Shown here one piece after another: positions 33,899 to 44,092 of a stretch of 64,000 nt of DNA. Source of the DNA: Nostoc sp. DedSLP01 (lineage in GTDB: Bacteria; Cyanobacteriota; Cyanobacteriia; Cyanobacteriales; Nostocaceae); assembly GCA_034530875.2 (NCBI GenBank), contig JAVRCJ020000007.1:160001-224000 (forward strand), read 5' to 3'. The notes below the pieces were generated by a model. The model was not told the origin of the DNA and ran no database searches. It saw only the letters and a program-made list of their open reading frames with translations. Made by a program: the position numbers and the translations under genes. Within the stretch, counting starts at the first letter, position 1. Each line of letters begins with the position of its first letter.

Positions 33899-34513
33899 TT
33901 GTAATATTTAATCCTAAATTTTTTAGCGTAAATTTACATACGAAAATCAAATAAAATTTTCGTAGACTTAAGTTTTTTGATGAATGGTAATTAAATCCTT
34001 CACAGCATAAATGCTGCATTGCGATCGCAGTTCTATCTCAAGAAGGGTTTATTTATATCAAAAGGCATAAATATATGATTTTTGACCAGAAAAAATATTA
34101 TGGATATTTGAAGATTGTAAATAGTAACTAAGAATTATAAATCTTGATATTTGAGAAAAATATAAGTTTTTACGGTAGATAATTTCAAGTATTAGCAAGC
34201 TAATAATTTTAATATCAAAATAATGTCAATAATTTTTCAAATGACACCATCAAAGTTGGTAATTTAAATTTTTGAAAAAATTAAAATAATAGTTTATTAG
34301 GACTCCTAGTTGATTTTTGCGAAGCTAAATACACTTTTTCCCTTTTTCCCTACTTGTACAAGAAGTCTTAACTTATGCGATCGCAGTTTGCACAGCTAAC
34401 TGAGTATATTTGCTTATCTGCCTGCTATAATCTGGAAAAATCTGGAAAAGCACTTCTGTGGGTTCCTATCAATGATAATTTTAAGCATTGGGAACCCCTA
34501 AAGATGAGAGTTT

Positions 34514-35200
34514 ATGAACGCAGCCGACGATAAAACAATTGTTCGCGAGTATTTCAATTCCACAGGGTTTGACCGTTGGAGGCGAATTTACGGCGATGGC
34601 GAAGTCAACAAAGTCCAGCTAGACATCCGCAATGGGCATCAGCAAACCGTAGATACAGTTATCGAGTGGCTAAAAGCTGATAACAATTTACCAGAACTAA
34701 CAATTTGCGATGCTGGCTGTGGTGTAGGTAGTCTCAGCATTCCACTGGCGATAGATGGTGCCAAGGTCTATGCCAGCGATATTTCTGAAAAAATGGTGGA
34801 AGAAGGCAAAGATAGAGCTTTACAAACCTTGGGAAATGCTGAAAATCCTACTTTTGCCGTGCAGGATTTGGAATCGTTGAGTGGTAGTTACCATACTGTT
34901 ATTTGCTTGGATGTCCTCATCCACTACCCCCAAGAAAAAGCTGATGAAATGATTTCTCACCTTTGTTCTTTGGCACAGTCGCGGATAATTCTCAGTTTTG
35001 CACCCAAGACCTGCGCTTTGACTATACTCAAGAAAATTGGCAGTTTCTTTCCCGGGCCGAGTAAAGCAACGCGCGCATATTTGCATCGTGAGGCGGATGT
35101 GGTGAAAATTTTGGAAAAGAACGGCTTTTCAGTGCAACGTCAAGCGATGACTAAAACTCGCTTCTATTTTTCCCGCTTACTGGAAGCTACGCGTTTATAA
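34514..35200 (+). CDS. chlM: Magnesium-protoporphyrin IX methyltransferase
   Basis: YFNSTGFDRWRRIYG, DAGCGVGS, LDVLIHYP, SKATRAY. Confidence 0.96.
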   Translation: MNAADDKTIVREYFNSTGFDRWRRIYGDGEVNKVQLDIRNGHQQTVDTVIEWLKADNNLPELTICDAGCGVGSLSIPLAIDGAKVYASDISEKMVEEGKDRALQTLGNAENPTFAVQDLESLSGSYHTVICLDVLIHYPQEKADEMISHLCSLAQSRIILSFAPKTCALTILKKIGSFFPGPSKATRAYLHREADVVKILEKNGFSVQRQAMTKTRFYFSRLLEATRL

Positions 35201-35381
35201 CTTCCTCATATTCTTGATTTTTCCTTATCAGCTGTGGCGTGGTAACGCTTAAGTTGTGCATTAGATGTAGGTTGGGGAGCCACTGCGTTGGACGGGTTTC
35301 CCGGTTTAAAGCAAGTGGGGTTTGAGTAACGCCAAACTAAATTATAGATCTTGATGTTGCGTTAACGTCAGAAAACCCAAC

Positions 35382-36164
35382 TTACAATTTTTTATCGTTT
35401 AAATAACCAATAACTGTCTGTTTCCAGAAGTTTACTTTGTTTTCTCGTGTTGGTGTTTTACCAAGAAGTTTACGCCATGTACCATTGGCAGCCCCACTAG
35501 GATGAGGAAAGGGTAAATGTTTTATTTTTAAACCTAAATTATTAGCAGTTTCATTAGCTTTTTTTCCCCAAGTGATGAGTGCAATTGGTTCAAAGATATT
35601 TAACTCGTCTTGCAAAATTTTGATGGAGCGATCGCAATCTTTTTCACTAACACCAATACTGCGATAACCGTTATTAGGTTCGCTGACCCAAATTTTGAAT
35701 ACATCTGTCAAATAAACCCGATAGCCTTCTTCTAGTAAGACTTGGATCAAATCAAAGTAAAGTCTGGTATTTCGCAGCTTTTCACGGCAGTTCTTCAAAT
35801 GCATTGCGTATGGCGTTCCTATAACAATTTCTTCTCTTCTTTTATTGCTTCTTCTTCGAGGGTCTTGTCCAAGGATGACAACTGTCTTTTTATCCGAAAC
35901 ACCATTATCTAGTTCAAGAATGCTAGGAATATCAATTCCGATAATTAGAGCTTCATCATAAAGTTTTTGGAAGTTTGGATCGCCTGAACGAAAAATATTT
36001 CTGTTGATAGTGTGTTCGGGATAGCCCTCTACTTCAAATTCTTCACGCATCACTTGATAGAGGTTATTTAATTCTTCTTGTTTAATATCAAAAACTTTAG
36101 ATATTTCCTCATACAGTGCTTGAAATTCACAGCTTTTGAAATTTGAAAATAAATATCGTGACAT
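35382..36164 (-). CDS. Uracil-DNA glycosylase superfamily protein
   Basis: VILGQDP (motif A) and FPHPSGAA (motif B). Confidence 0.7.
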   Translation of the reverse strand: MSRYLFSNFKSCEFQALYEEISKVFDIKQEELNNLYQVMREEFEVEGYPEHTINRNIFRSGDPNFQKLYDEALIIGIDIPSILELDNGVSDKKTVVILGQDPRRRSNKRREEIVIGTPYAMHLKNCREKLRNTRLYFDLIQVLLEEGYRVYLTDVFKIWVSEPNNGYRSIGVSEKDCDRSIKILQDELNIFEPIALITWGKKANETANNLGLKIKHLPFPHPSGAANGTWRKLLGKTPTRENKVNFWKQTVIGYLNDKKL

Positions 36165-36379
36165 AAAGGCAAGGTATTTTATAATCTAACTATTTATTAG
36201 AATGCCCAATTTTGTCACAATTAATTCATAGGAATGGTGATAATTCAATATACAAGGTTGGGTTGTAGCTTGCTTCCACGAAGTGGTACAAAGTGAAACG
36301 CAACACCCTTATCCAAGTTGGGTTTCGCTCTGCTCAACCCAACCTAAGTTAACTGTGCCCCTACTATAAACTATTGAAG

Positions 36380-36670
36380 TTACGAAAACTTGTCTTCAAC
36401 ATTTCTTGATTGATGTAATACTCGAAAAATTTCTATGCCGTTAGTTATTTTTGTGTAAAACACAATGTAAGGTTTTACAGGAAAGCTTCTAAGTTCCTTC
36501 ATTAAATCATCTCGCTTTTTGCCCATATCAGGAAACTGAGCAAGCATTGGAAAACGATTGAGAATTTGAGCTATCTGTTTGTCGGCTGCAAGTGCATCCT
36601 GTTGAGCAAGGTAAGTCCAAATATCTTCCAAATCTTGTTCGGCTTGCTGGGAAAGTCTGTAATGATTCAT
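36380..36670 (-). CDS. Type II TA toxin, RelE/ParE family
   Basis: YRLSQQAEQDLEDIWTY...P.MG...LRSF...YIVFY...RVLHQSR. Confidence 0.92.
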   Translation of the reverse strand: MNHYRLSQQAEQDLEDIWTYLAQQDALAADKQIAQILNRFPMLAQFPDMGKKRDDLMKELRSFPVKPYIVFYTKITNGIEIFRVLHQSRNVEDKFS

Positions 36671-36672
36671 TG

Positions 36673-37017
36673 TCAGCTATCCAGCTTTAGCTTATTCTGT
36701 CCTCGCGCTTTGATATTTTCGAGCAAATTAGGGAGAGACTCATCATTGTATTCATTATATTCTCCATGCTTTAGCTGTTCGGCTGCGATCGCAATATCTC
36801 TCTGTAATGCTTCAAACTTCAACTGACGCACTTCTTCCTCTGCAAGCTCAAGTCTATGAATCATTTCCTGAAAGGCACTTGCATCCTGGACGACGACTTC
36901 TGCTTTGCCATTGACAGTCAGCACAAGAGGTGATTTGGTCGCTTTGATACGCTCTATAAACTGTTTGACGTTGCGCTTGAAGTCTGTAAGTGAGTGAATA
37001 TTCTCTAGATCGATCAT
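36673..37017 (-). CDS. Type II TA antitoxin, Phd/YefM family
   Basis: IHSLTDFKRN...PLVLTVNGKAEVVVQDA; directly upstream of the toxin. Confidence 0.9.
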   Translation of the reverse strand: MIDLENIHSLTDFKRNVKQFIERIKATKSPLVLTVNGKAEVVVQDASAFQEMIHRLELAEEEVRQLKFEALQRDIAIAAEQLKHGEYNEYNDESLPNLLENIKARGQNKLKLDS

Positions 37018-37388
37018 AAAATAGATATTGAATTAAGTGCTGAATTAAAACTCTATTCAATACTATCAAGCTTATCATATACTAACGTACCAATTTGCAT
37101 ATCACAAAACTGGTAAATTATCAACACTATTTTTCCAAGTTATATGGATTTAGCAATTCAATTGCTAAAATTTACTCCTGTGCAAGTATTTAATTTAGCC
37201 CAAGATTATGGAAGTGATTTATCAGAAGGTAGGTGGTTGGGCATCCATATTTCATTAGATCGAAAAGTTTTGCGTTAGCGTACCCCTTTGGGGAAGCAAG
37301 CTACGCGTAGCGTCTCGAAGAGAAGCTCACCGTTGGCGGAGCCTCTCGTAGAGAAGGTATCGCTCATACTAAAGAACAACTTTGTACA

Positions 37389-37826
37389 TTATTTACAATT
37401 TTTTTGCAGAAGAGATATAGCGAGTTCAAAACTATTAGGTTGAGTTTGTACTGCAAAGGCTTCTCTTTCTAAATCTTGTCTGCGGATATCAGTATAGTGC
37501 ATAAAAAATGGTCGAGCATAATTAATAGGCTCAATATTTAAACCTAAAGTTTTTATTTTGCCTTTACCCGCACAGACTTGTGCAGCATGAACAGCCTCAT
37601 GAATTAGGGTTTGAGTACCGATATTTAACTCAAAAACTACTGGATTAATCCAAATTTTTTTAGTCTTTTCTTGTAATAAACCATAAGCACCACGCTGAGG
37701 TGGTAGTTGAATAATCACCGGAAAATTAAATTTTTCTAATTGTTTTTTTAAATCGATAAATTTTTTGTCTGGGGTCGCTACTTGAGAAATTAATAATAAA
37801 GAATTTAATAGTACAGTTTGGATCAT
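37389..37826 (-). CDS. Hypothetical secreted protein with HExxH metallopeptidase-like motif
   Basis: TLIHEAVHAAQ...EREAF. Confidence 0.65.
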   Translation of the reverse strand: MIQTVLLNSLLLISQVATPDKKFIDLKKQLEKFNFPVIIQLPPQRGAYGLLQEKTKKIWINPVVFELNIGTQTLIHEAVHAAQVCAGKGKIKTLGLNIEPINYARPFFMHYTDIRRQDLEREAFAVQTQPNSFELAISLLQKNCK

Positions 37827-37923
37827 GAAAATTTATGTATTAGATTTAAGCTCAGCCATAATCTTTCATATTATATGCGCTTAGTTAACCATGAGCTAAT
37901 AATCCTAATTATTCTTGAAAGGC

Positions 37924-37960
37924 AAACTCTCCAACTTGTTTAAAAAATTGGAGAGCTTTT
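37924..37960 (-). terminator. Hairpin downstream of the transketolase-like gene
   Basis: CTCTCCAA...TTGGAGAG stem flanked by A/T runs. Confidence 0.55.
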
Positions 37961-37978
37961 AGTTTCGGCGATCGCAAA

Positions 37979-39892
37979 TTATCTAATCAAATCTTTCACC
38001 TTGTTCATAATACTCACTGGGTCAATTCCTTGATGTGGATATTGTTCCCACAAACCGCCGCAACCTTCTCTATGAGTACCAAGATAAGCGTATTTGGGAG
38101 TCAACCCACGCTCTAACAGCCAGCTGCCAAAACGGCTGCCTAATCCAGTTCGGCGATTAAATGGCTCAACCACAAGTACAAATGGAGCATTACCGATTTT
38201 TGCGATCGCCTCTTCGTCAATAACGTTTAGAGTTGGTTTATTAATTAAACCTATATCTAAACCTTCTTGCTTCAGACGCTCAACGGCATCGAGGGCGCGA
38301 TACAGAGCATCACCAAAGCTAACAATGTAGCCTTGCGTTCCTTCTCGAATTACCTCATCTTTACCAGGAATAAATTTATAGTCACTGCCAAAAAATTCCT
38401 GGCCGTTGTTGTCGAGAATTGATGGTACTTTAGAACGGGTGGAAAAAATAAACCGCAGTCCAGCTTCAAAGAATACAGACTCTACACAAGCTTTCATCTG
38501 ATTGGCATCAGCTGGAAAGTAAAGACGTGTTTGGTAGCCATCATCTAAACCATTGTCAGCGAACATATTATTGAGGCCGAAGTGGCAGGTATTATCCGCC
38601 ATATCGTCGATGCCTGCATGAGAAAAGTGACAAAGTACGTTGGAATAATTCAACCGCGCCATCGTAATCTCTGAAATACACATTTCTAAGAAGGCGCTAA
38701 AGGTTGCGAAAATACCTTGTTTTCCTGACTCCATCCCAAATCCGGCAGCAGCAGAAAAGTTGCTTCGTTCCATAATGCCAGAGGAAATAAAAATTTCCGG
38801 GTAAGCTTCGTGAATTTTCTTCAGACCGCACGAGCCTTCAAGGTCGCTATCGATAACTCTCACTTTTTCCTTACGTTCTACTTCGCTGAGGCGACTTAAA
38901 ACACCAACCATCGCATCACCGAACACATTACGATTAGCATTCCATTTGTCACTGGAACCGAGAAAAGTGTAGGTTTGTTTCGGTTTCTGAATACTCTTGA
39001 GGTAATCAACAGCAGCAGTTTGTCCCCGTGATTCTAGATATTTAATAGCTAACTCTACAGAAATCACATCGTGACCGTGAATAGAGCCTTCTAAACCTGC
39101 AATACCAGGACACATGGGGCGTTTATTAATGATGGCAACTGGGCCGGGAGTATTCACAGCTTCGCGAATCCGACTGTATAGGTCGTCTAAGTCTTCCCCA
39201 TCTCCTGCGAGTATCTTCAATCCATGTCCTTGTAAGGTTTTGGCGACACTGAAACCAGGGAGATATTTGGAAGGATGTCCGGCGATTGTCACGTCATTAT
39301 CATCAATAATTAGCTTGACGTTAAGATGTTGAGCGACAGCCAACCGAGCAGCTTCAGCATCGTTGCCTTCTTGCTGAGAACCATCGGAACCAAGGCAGAA
39401 AACCACTTTACCTGGATTTGCCATTGCCACACCATTGATGTAAGGCCATATATGTCCCAATCGTCCAGAACTAAATTTGACGCCAGGAGTTAGCCCTAAT
39501 TCTGGATGTCCTGGTAAGCGAGAATGTGCTTGACGATAGTGTAGAAGCTGCTCGGTTGGTAAATCACCGTGCAAAGCTGCCATTAGATATTGAGTTGCGA
39601 CTCGATGTCCAGCCTCATCAAAGAAAGTCGGCACAAACTTATCGGGTGCTGAATTAAACAAGGCATCAAGTACGATCGCCTCTGGTACTGTGTCGAATGG
39701 CCCTCCAGTGTGACCGCCTACCCCTGTCGCAGCTCCCGTGGCTGTAAAAAACACGATCGCATCACGACACAGTTGAATGTTTGCTTTTAGGTTCTCTCGT
39801 TGCTCCGAGGTAAGAGTTGCATTTGCCAAATCGAGAACTACTGGTTTGTAAGCACTCAAATCAATGGGAAATTGAAGCTTGGTAACAGTCAT
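37979..39892 (-). CDS. Thiamine-diphosphate-dependent transketolase-family enzyme
   Basis: GGHTGG, LPGHPE, SSGRLGH, SDGSQQEG...DDND TPP motif, DSDLEGS, GIMER. Confidence 0.88.
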   Translation of the reverse strand: MTVTKLQFPIDLSAYKPVVLDLANATLTSEQRENLKANIQLCRDAIVFFTATGAATGVGGHTGGPFDTVPEAIVLDALFNSAPDKFVPTFFDEAGHRVATQYLMAALHGDLPTEQLLHYRQAHSRLPGHPELGLTPGVKFSSGRLGHIWPYINGVAMANPGKVVFCLGSDGSQQEGNDAEAARLAVAQHLNVKLIIDDNDVTIAGHPSKYLPGFSVAKTLQGHGLKILAGDGEDLDDLYSRIREAVNTPGPVAIINKRPMCPGIAGLEGSIHGHDVISVELAIKYLESRGQTAAVDYLKSIQKPKQTYTFLGSSDKWNANRNVFGDAMVGVLSRLSEVERKEKVRVIDSDLEGSCGLKKIHEAYPEIFISSGIMERSNFSAAAGFGMESGKQGIFATFSAFLEMCISEITMARLNYSNVLCHFSHAGIDDMADNTCHFGLNNMFADNGLDDGYQTRLYFPADANQMKACVESVFFEAGLRFIFSTRSKVPSILDNNGQEFFGSDYKFIPGKDEVIREGTQGYIVSFGDALYRALDAVERLKQEGLDIGLINKPTLNVIDEEAIAKIGNAPFVLVVEPFNRRTGLGSRFGSWLLERGLTPKYAYLGTHREGCGGLWEQYPHQGIDPVSIMNKVKDLIR

Positions 39893-40167
39893 AAATTTAT
39901 TCCTGGGAATTTAGAAAGGGCAATGGCATTTGGAAACTTGCAACAAATCAGAAATTCAGGCAATGGCAATCCGACCGCTTTTGTTTAATAAAGCAGACTA
40001 TCAAAAGTCATTGAAAATGCAGCTAAGATTGTTAAATCTTGCTTGCACGAATGTGCTTGAATTTATTTAAAGGTGACGAGAAACGTGCAGGAACCTGCAT
40101 ACCTATGAGTATAAACTCACAAACGTGCAATTTCAAGATTAAATATGCAACTTCAGGAAAATAAATT

Positions 40168-40923
40168 ATGCTAACTGCGGAGCGACGGCAATTCATCTTA
40201 GAGATTCTGCGTCGTGACAAAAAGGTGCTGTCATCGGAACTGAGTGCGGTTTTAAAGGTTTCTGAAGATACGATTCGCCGGGATTTGCGGGAATTAGCGG
40301 AGTCGGGTTTATTGCAGCGCGTTCATGGGGGGGCGCTGCTAATTTCGCCAGCGATCGCTTCTTATGCCGATCGCCAAAAGCAAGCACCGAAAGAAAAAGA
40401 AGCGATCGCCCGTGCAGCTGCTAAATTAGTCTCTCCAGGGCAGGTGGTAATTTTAGATGGAGGCACCACGACTCTGCAAGTAGCTCGGCATTTGCCTGTC
40501 GATTTGCAAGCGACAATTGTCACAAATAGCCCTCCCATTGCTGTAGCCTTAGCAGAACATCAACATATAGAAGTTGTTATGTTAGGCGGAAAACTCTACA
40601 AAAAAGCTTTGGTCAACGTTGGTGCTGCTACAGTTGAGGCATTACGGATGATTCGTGCAGATTTGTGCATGTTGGGAGTGTGTAGCCTACATCCAGAATT
40701 TGGAATTAGCGTACAGAACTTGGACGAAGCCCATGTCAAACGAGCCATGATTGCTGGAGCAGCCGAGGTAGTTGGATTAGCCACAGAAGAGAAGTTAGAC
40801 ACTGCTGCTGCTTATGTTGTGGAATCGATTCATGCCCTAACTTACCTCGTAACAGCACCAACTGTATCCGATCGCCTGCTAACTTCTTACAAAGCTTTGG
40901 GTTTGGCGATCGTTCGTGAGTAA
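40168..40923 (+). CDS. DeoR/GlpR family transcriptional regulator
   Basis: VSEDTIRRDL, RVHGGA, LDGGTT, VTNS. Confidence 0.95.
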   Translation: MLTAERRQFILEILRRDKKVLSSELSAVLKVSEDTIRRDLRELAESGLLQRVHGGALLISPAIASYADRQKQAPKEKEAIARAAAKLVSPGQVVILDGGTTTLQVARHLPVDLQATIVTNSPPIAVALAEHQHIEVVMLGGKLYKKALVNVGAATVEALRMIRADLCMLGVCSLHPEFGISVQNLDEAHVKRAMIAGAAEVVGLATEEKLDTAAAYVVESIHALTYLVTAPTVSDRLLTSYKALGLAIVRE

Positions 40924-41176
40924 ATAAGGGAACTGGAAAAAATAAATAATAGGTTTAGGTGGTTGAGTGTTGACTGACACCGTTGGCGAAATATTTCTTA
41001 ATGCTGGAAATGCTTGTGCTGTCGTGGAAACCTGCCAACGAAAGTTTCCAAAAACCACCCTTCCAATGAATTCGCCAACGGTATCTTCGCTACTTTCCCC
41101 CATCAAGGAAGCTTGAATAGCTAACGATGTCAACCTCCTCAATGGTGGGCGGCTAGGCAAAAAGCTCGGAAGTCTT

Positions 41177-41355
41177 TAGGACTTACGCATTGACAGGAAA
41201 AACCAAATATGAGGTATGGATTTCAAGCATTAAACCTTGATTTTTCGACACTTTTTAGGCGATCGCTATTTATCCAAAGATGATTGATTAAAGCCTGAAA
41301 CGACGTATTTTCGTTAATGCACAAGATAATCAATTTGTACAGTGCGTAAGTCCTA
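41177..41355. mobile_element. MITE with 13-bp TIR and 5-bp target-site duplication
   Basis: TAGGACTTACGCA...TGCGTAAGTCCTA flanked by GTCTT on both sides (41172-41176, 41356-41360). Confidence 0.85.
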
Positions 41356-41420
41356 GTCTTCTCTATCAGCGCGGTGCCTTCAATTCATGGGCAGGCAGGC
41401 AGCAGGTGAGCCAATCAGGC

Positions 41421-42260
41421 TTACAGCATGGGAAGCACCCGGGGACGAGATCCGGTCGGGAAGGCTGCGTCGATTCGATCGAGTTCGGTTTGGGTCAGAT
41501 TGAGTTCCCCAGCTCCCGCGTTTTCAGCGGCGTGTTCGGGGTTGGATGCTTTGGGTATTGCGAAGAGCGAGGAATGCCGCACCAGAAATCGGAGCGCGAC
41601 TTGGCGAGGGGTGGCGTTATGGGCGGCGGCGATTTCCTGTAGTACGCGACCTGCGGTTGTGCGCGAGCTGGGAAAATCCCCATGACCGAAGGGGCTGTAT
41701 GCGACTACGGCGACCCCATGCTTCTCACACCAGGGGATCACAGCATGTTCGATCGCTCTCTGTCTCAAATGGTAAAGGACTTGATTGCAGACGAGAGAAC
41801 CCTCGCCAGCGATCTTCTGGACTGCTTCAAGGTCAGGCACATCGAAGTTGCTCACGCCCCAGCAGAGAATCTTCCCCTCGTGCTGAAGCTGCTCGAAGGC
41901 AGCGATCGTCTCCTCCAGTGGGTGTTGACCGCGCCAGTGCAACAGATAACAGTCCAGCTGATCGGTATGAAGTCGAGCGAGGGATTTCTCGCAGGCTACG
42001 ATCGTCCCTCTCCGAGAAGCATTTCCAGGAAGAACCTTGGAAACCAGGAAAACCCGATCGCGTCGTCCAGCGATCGCCTCTGCGACCACCTCCTCGGCGC
42101 TACCGTACATCTCTGCCGTGTCGATATGGGTCATGCCGAGATCGAGTCCTTGGCGCAAAGCCGCGATCGCAGAGGCGCGGTCACCGTTGTCGATGTACCA
42201 GGTTCCTTGACCGATCGCTGCCACCTCGCGCTGCGTGGAACCAAATCGATGCTGTTCCAT
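41421..42260 (-). CDS. Aldo/keto reductase
   Basis: GQGTW, IDTAEMYG, LVSKV, LLHW, WGVSNF, AYSP, IPKAS. Confidence 0.93.
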   Translation of the reverse strand: MEQHRFGSTQREVAAIGQGTWYIDNGDRASAIAALRQGLDLGMTHIDTAEMYGSAEEVVAEAIAGRRDRVFLVSKVLPGNASRRGTIVACEKSLARLHTDQLDCYLLHWRGQHPLEETIAAFEQLQHEGKILCWGVSNFDVPDLEAVQKIAGEGSLVCNQVLYHLRQRAIEHAVIPWCEKHGVAVVAYSPFGHGDFPSSRTTAGRVLQEIAAAHNATPRQVALRFLVRHSSLFAIPKASNPEHAAENAGAGELNLTQTELDRIDAAFPTGSRPRVLPML

Positions 42261-42290
42261 ACCTGTCCTCCTGATTAACGCTCCGAGTCC

Positions 42291-42854
42291 TCACACCATC
42301 TGCTGTACCTGCCCTGCATGGCTGAACAGCTCGATCGTTTCCCGGTTGAAGGCTGGGATGTCGTCTGGCTTGCGGCTCGACACGAGGTTGTTATCAACTA
42401 CAACTTCCCGATCTACCCATTGGGCACCTGCGTTTTGGAGATCGGTCTTGAGCGACGGCCACGAGGCGATCCTTCGTCCGCGCACCACATCTGCCTCGAT
42501 CAGAGTCCAAGGCCCGTGGCAGATCGCCGCTACCGGCTTGTTAGTATCGAAGAAGGACTTTATAAACTCGATCGCCTTAGCATTAGTCCGAAGTTGATCT
42601 GGATTGGCAACACCACCGGGAAGCAGGAGGGCATCATAGTCGGCTGGATTTACTCGATCGAGGGGGACATCTACCGGGAAAAAATCCCCTTTGTCAAAAT
42701 GGTTCCAGCCCTGAACGCGATCGCTCTTCGGTGAAATAATGTAGGTTTGAGCACCTGCTGACTCAAGGGCAAGCTTTGGTTGAGTCATTTCAACTTGCTC
42801 AAAGCCATCTGTAACCAGAATGGCAACTTTCTTATTTGTGAGTTCTTCTGTCAT
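42291..42854 (-). CDS. PfpI/DJ-1 family (type 1 glutamine amidotransferase-like) protein
   Basis: GFEQVE, LLPGG..NPD.LR, AAICHGPW, SRKPDD. Confidence 0.93.
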   Translation of the reverse strand: MTEELTNKKVAILVTDGFEQVEMTQPKLALESAGAQTYIISPKSDRVQGWNHFDKGDFFPVDVPLDRVNPADYDALLLPGGVANPDQLRTNAKAIEFIKSFFDTNKPVAAICHGPWTLIEADVVRGRRIASWPSLKTDLQNAGAQWVDREVVVDNNLVSSRKPDDIPAFNRETIELFSHAGQVQQMV

Positions 42855-42908
42855 CTCTACCTCCTAAAGTGTTAGCTAGATTTGGTTTTTTCGTGTTCTT
42901 GTGGGGTT

Positions 42909-44087
42909 TTAGGCAGCCTGACCTGGCTTGAGCACGATCTTGATACAGTTGTCCTTCTTGTGTTTAAAAATCTCGTAGCCGTGCGGTGCTTTCTCTAGCG
43001 GTAAACGGTGAGTGATTACAAAAGATGGGTCGATATCGCCATTTTGGACGCGCTCGAGTAACGGGCGCAAGTACTTATGAACGTGCGTTTGTCCCGTTTT
43101 AAATGTTAAGGCTTTGTTCATGGCAGCACCCATCGGTATCTTGTCTACAAAGCCGCCGTAAACACCAGGAATTGAAACAGTGCCACCTTTGCGACAGGCA
43201 ACAATCACTTGCCTTAGGGCAGTGGGTCGGTCGGTTTCCATACGCACGGCTTGCTTTACCTGGTCGTAAAACGCATCAGGGCCCGTACCGTGGGCTTCCA
43301 TTCCCACAGCATCCATGCAAGCATCGGGGCCGCGACCACCCGTCATTTCTTTCAATGCTTCACCCACCTCGACTTCCTCATAGTTAAGGACTTCTGCCTT
43401 GCCGTCTTTCGCCATCTGTAGGCGTTCGAGAACTCGATCGATTGCAATGACGCGCTCGGCACCTAGCATATATGCACTTCTAATGGCAAACTGTCCGACT
43501 GGACCGCAGCCCCAGATCGCTACAGTATCTCCTGGCTGGATATCGCAGTTTTCCGCTGCCATATAGCCAGTGGGGAAAATATCCGTCAGAAACAGGACTT
43601 GTTCGTCTGTTAGTCCATCCGGAATCTTGAATAAACCGACATCGGCAAAGGGAACGCGGGCATATTCAGCTTGACCTCCAGCATAGCCACCCATCATATG
43701 GGAGTAGCCGAAAAGACCAGATGGAGAATGACCCATCAGTTTTTCCGGTATCCAGCCGTTGGGGTTGGAGTTATCGCACAGCGACCACAAATCTTTTTGA
43801 CAAAAGAAACACTGACCGCAGGAAATGGTAAAGGGGACGACAACGCGATCGCCTATCTTCACATTCTTGACGGCACTCCCTAGCTCGACGACCTCCCCCA
43901 TAAATTCATGACCAAGGATGTCGCCCTTTTCCATCGTGGGGATGTAACCGTCATAAAGATGTAAATCAGAACCGCAAATCGCCGTTGACGTGATTTTAAC
44001 AATCGCATCACGCGGATTGATGATTTTTGGATCGGGTACTGTATCAACTCGTACATCGTTAGCGCCGTGCCAGCAAACTGCTTTCAT
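42909..44087 (-). CDS. Zinc-dependent alcohol/formaldehyde dehydrogenase-like protein (copy 1)
   Basis: ICGSDLH, GHEFMG, structural-Zn Cys cluster, GCGPVG. Confidence 0.93.
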   Translation of the reverse strand: MKAVCWHGANDVRVDTVPDPKIINPRDAIVKITSTAICGSDLHLYDGYIPTMEKGDILGHEFMGEVVELGSAVKNVKIGDRVVVPFTISCGQCFFCQKDLWSLCDNSNPNGWIPEKLMGHSPSGLFGYSHMMGGYAGGQAEYARVPFADVGLFKIPDGLTDEQVLFLTDIFPTGYMAAENCDIQPGDTVAIWGCGPVGQFAIRSAYMLGAERVIAIDRVLERLQMAKDGKAEVLNYEEVEVGEALKEMTGGRGPDACMDAVGMEAHGTGPDAFYDQVKQAVRMETDRPTALRQVIVACRKGGTVSIPGVYGGFVDKIPMGAAMNKALTFKTGQTHVHKYLRPLLERVQNGDIDPSFVITHRLPLEKAPHGYEIFKHKKDNCIKIVLKPGQAA

Positions 44088-44092
44088 AATCT

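Noticed and set aside
40879..41160. 93-aa minus-strand ORF, possible gene remnant next to the MITE
   Set aside because: No recognisable motif in any frame, and it overlaps the deoR 3' end
41406..42734. Long plus-strand ORFs (e.g. 41546-42274, 41682-42278)
   Set aside because: Antisense shadows of GC-rich aldo/keto reductase and pfpI genes, with no motifs
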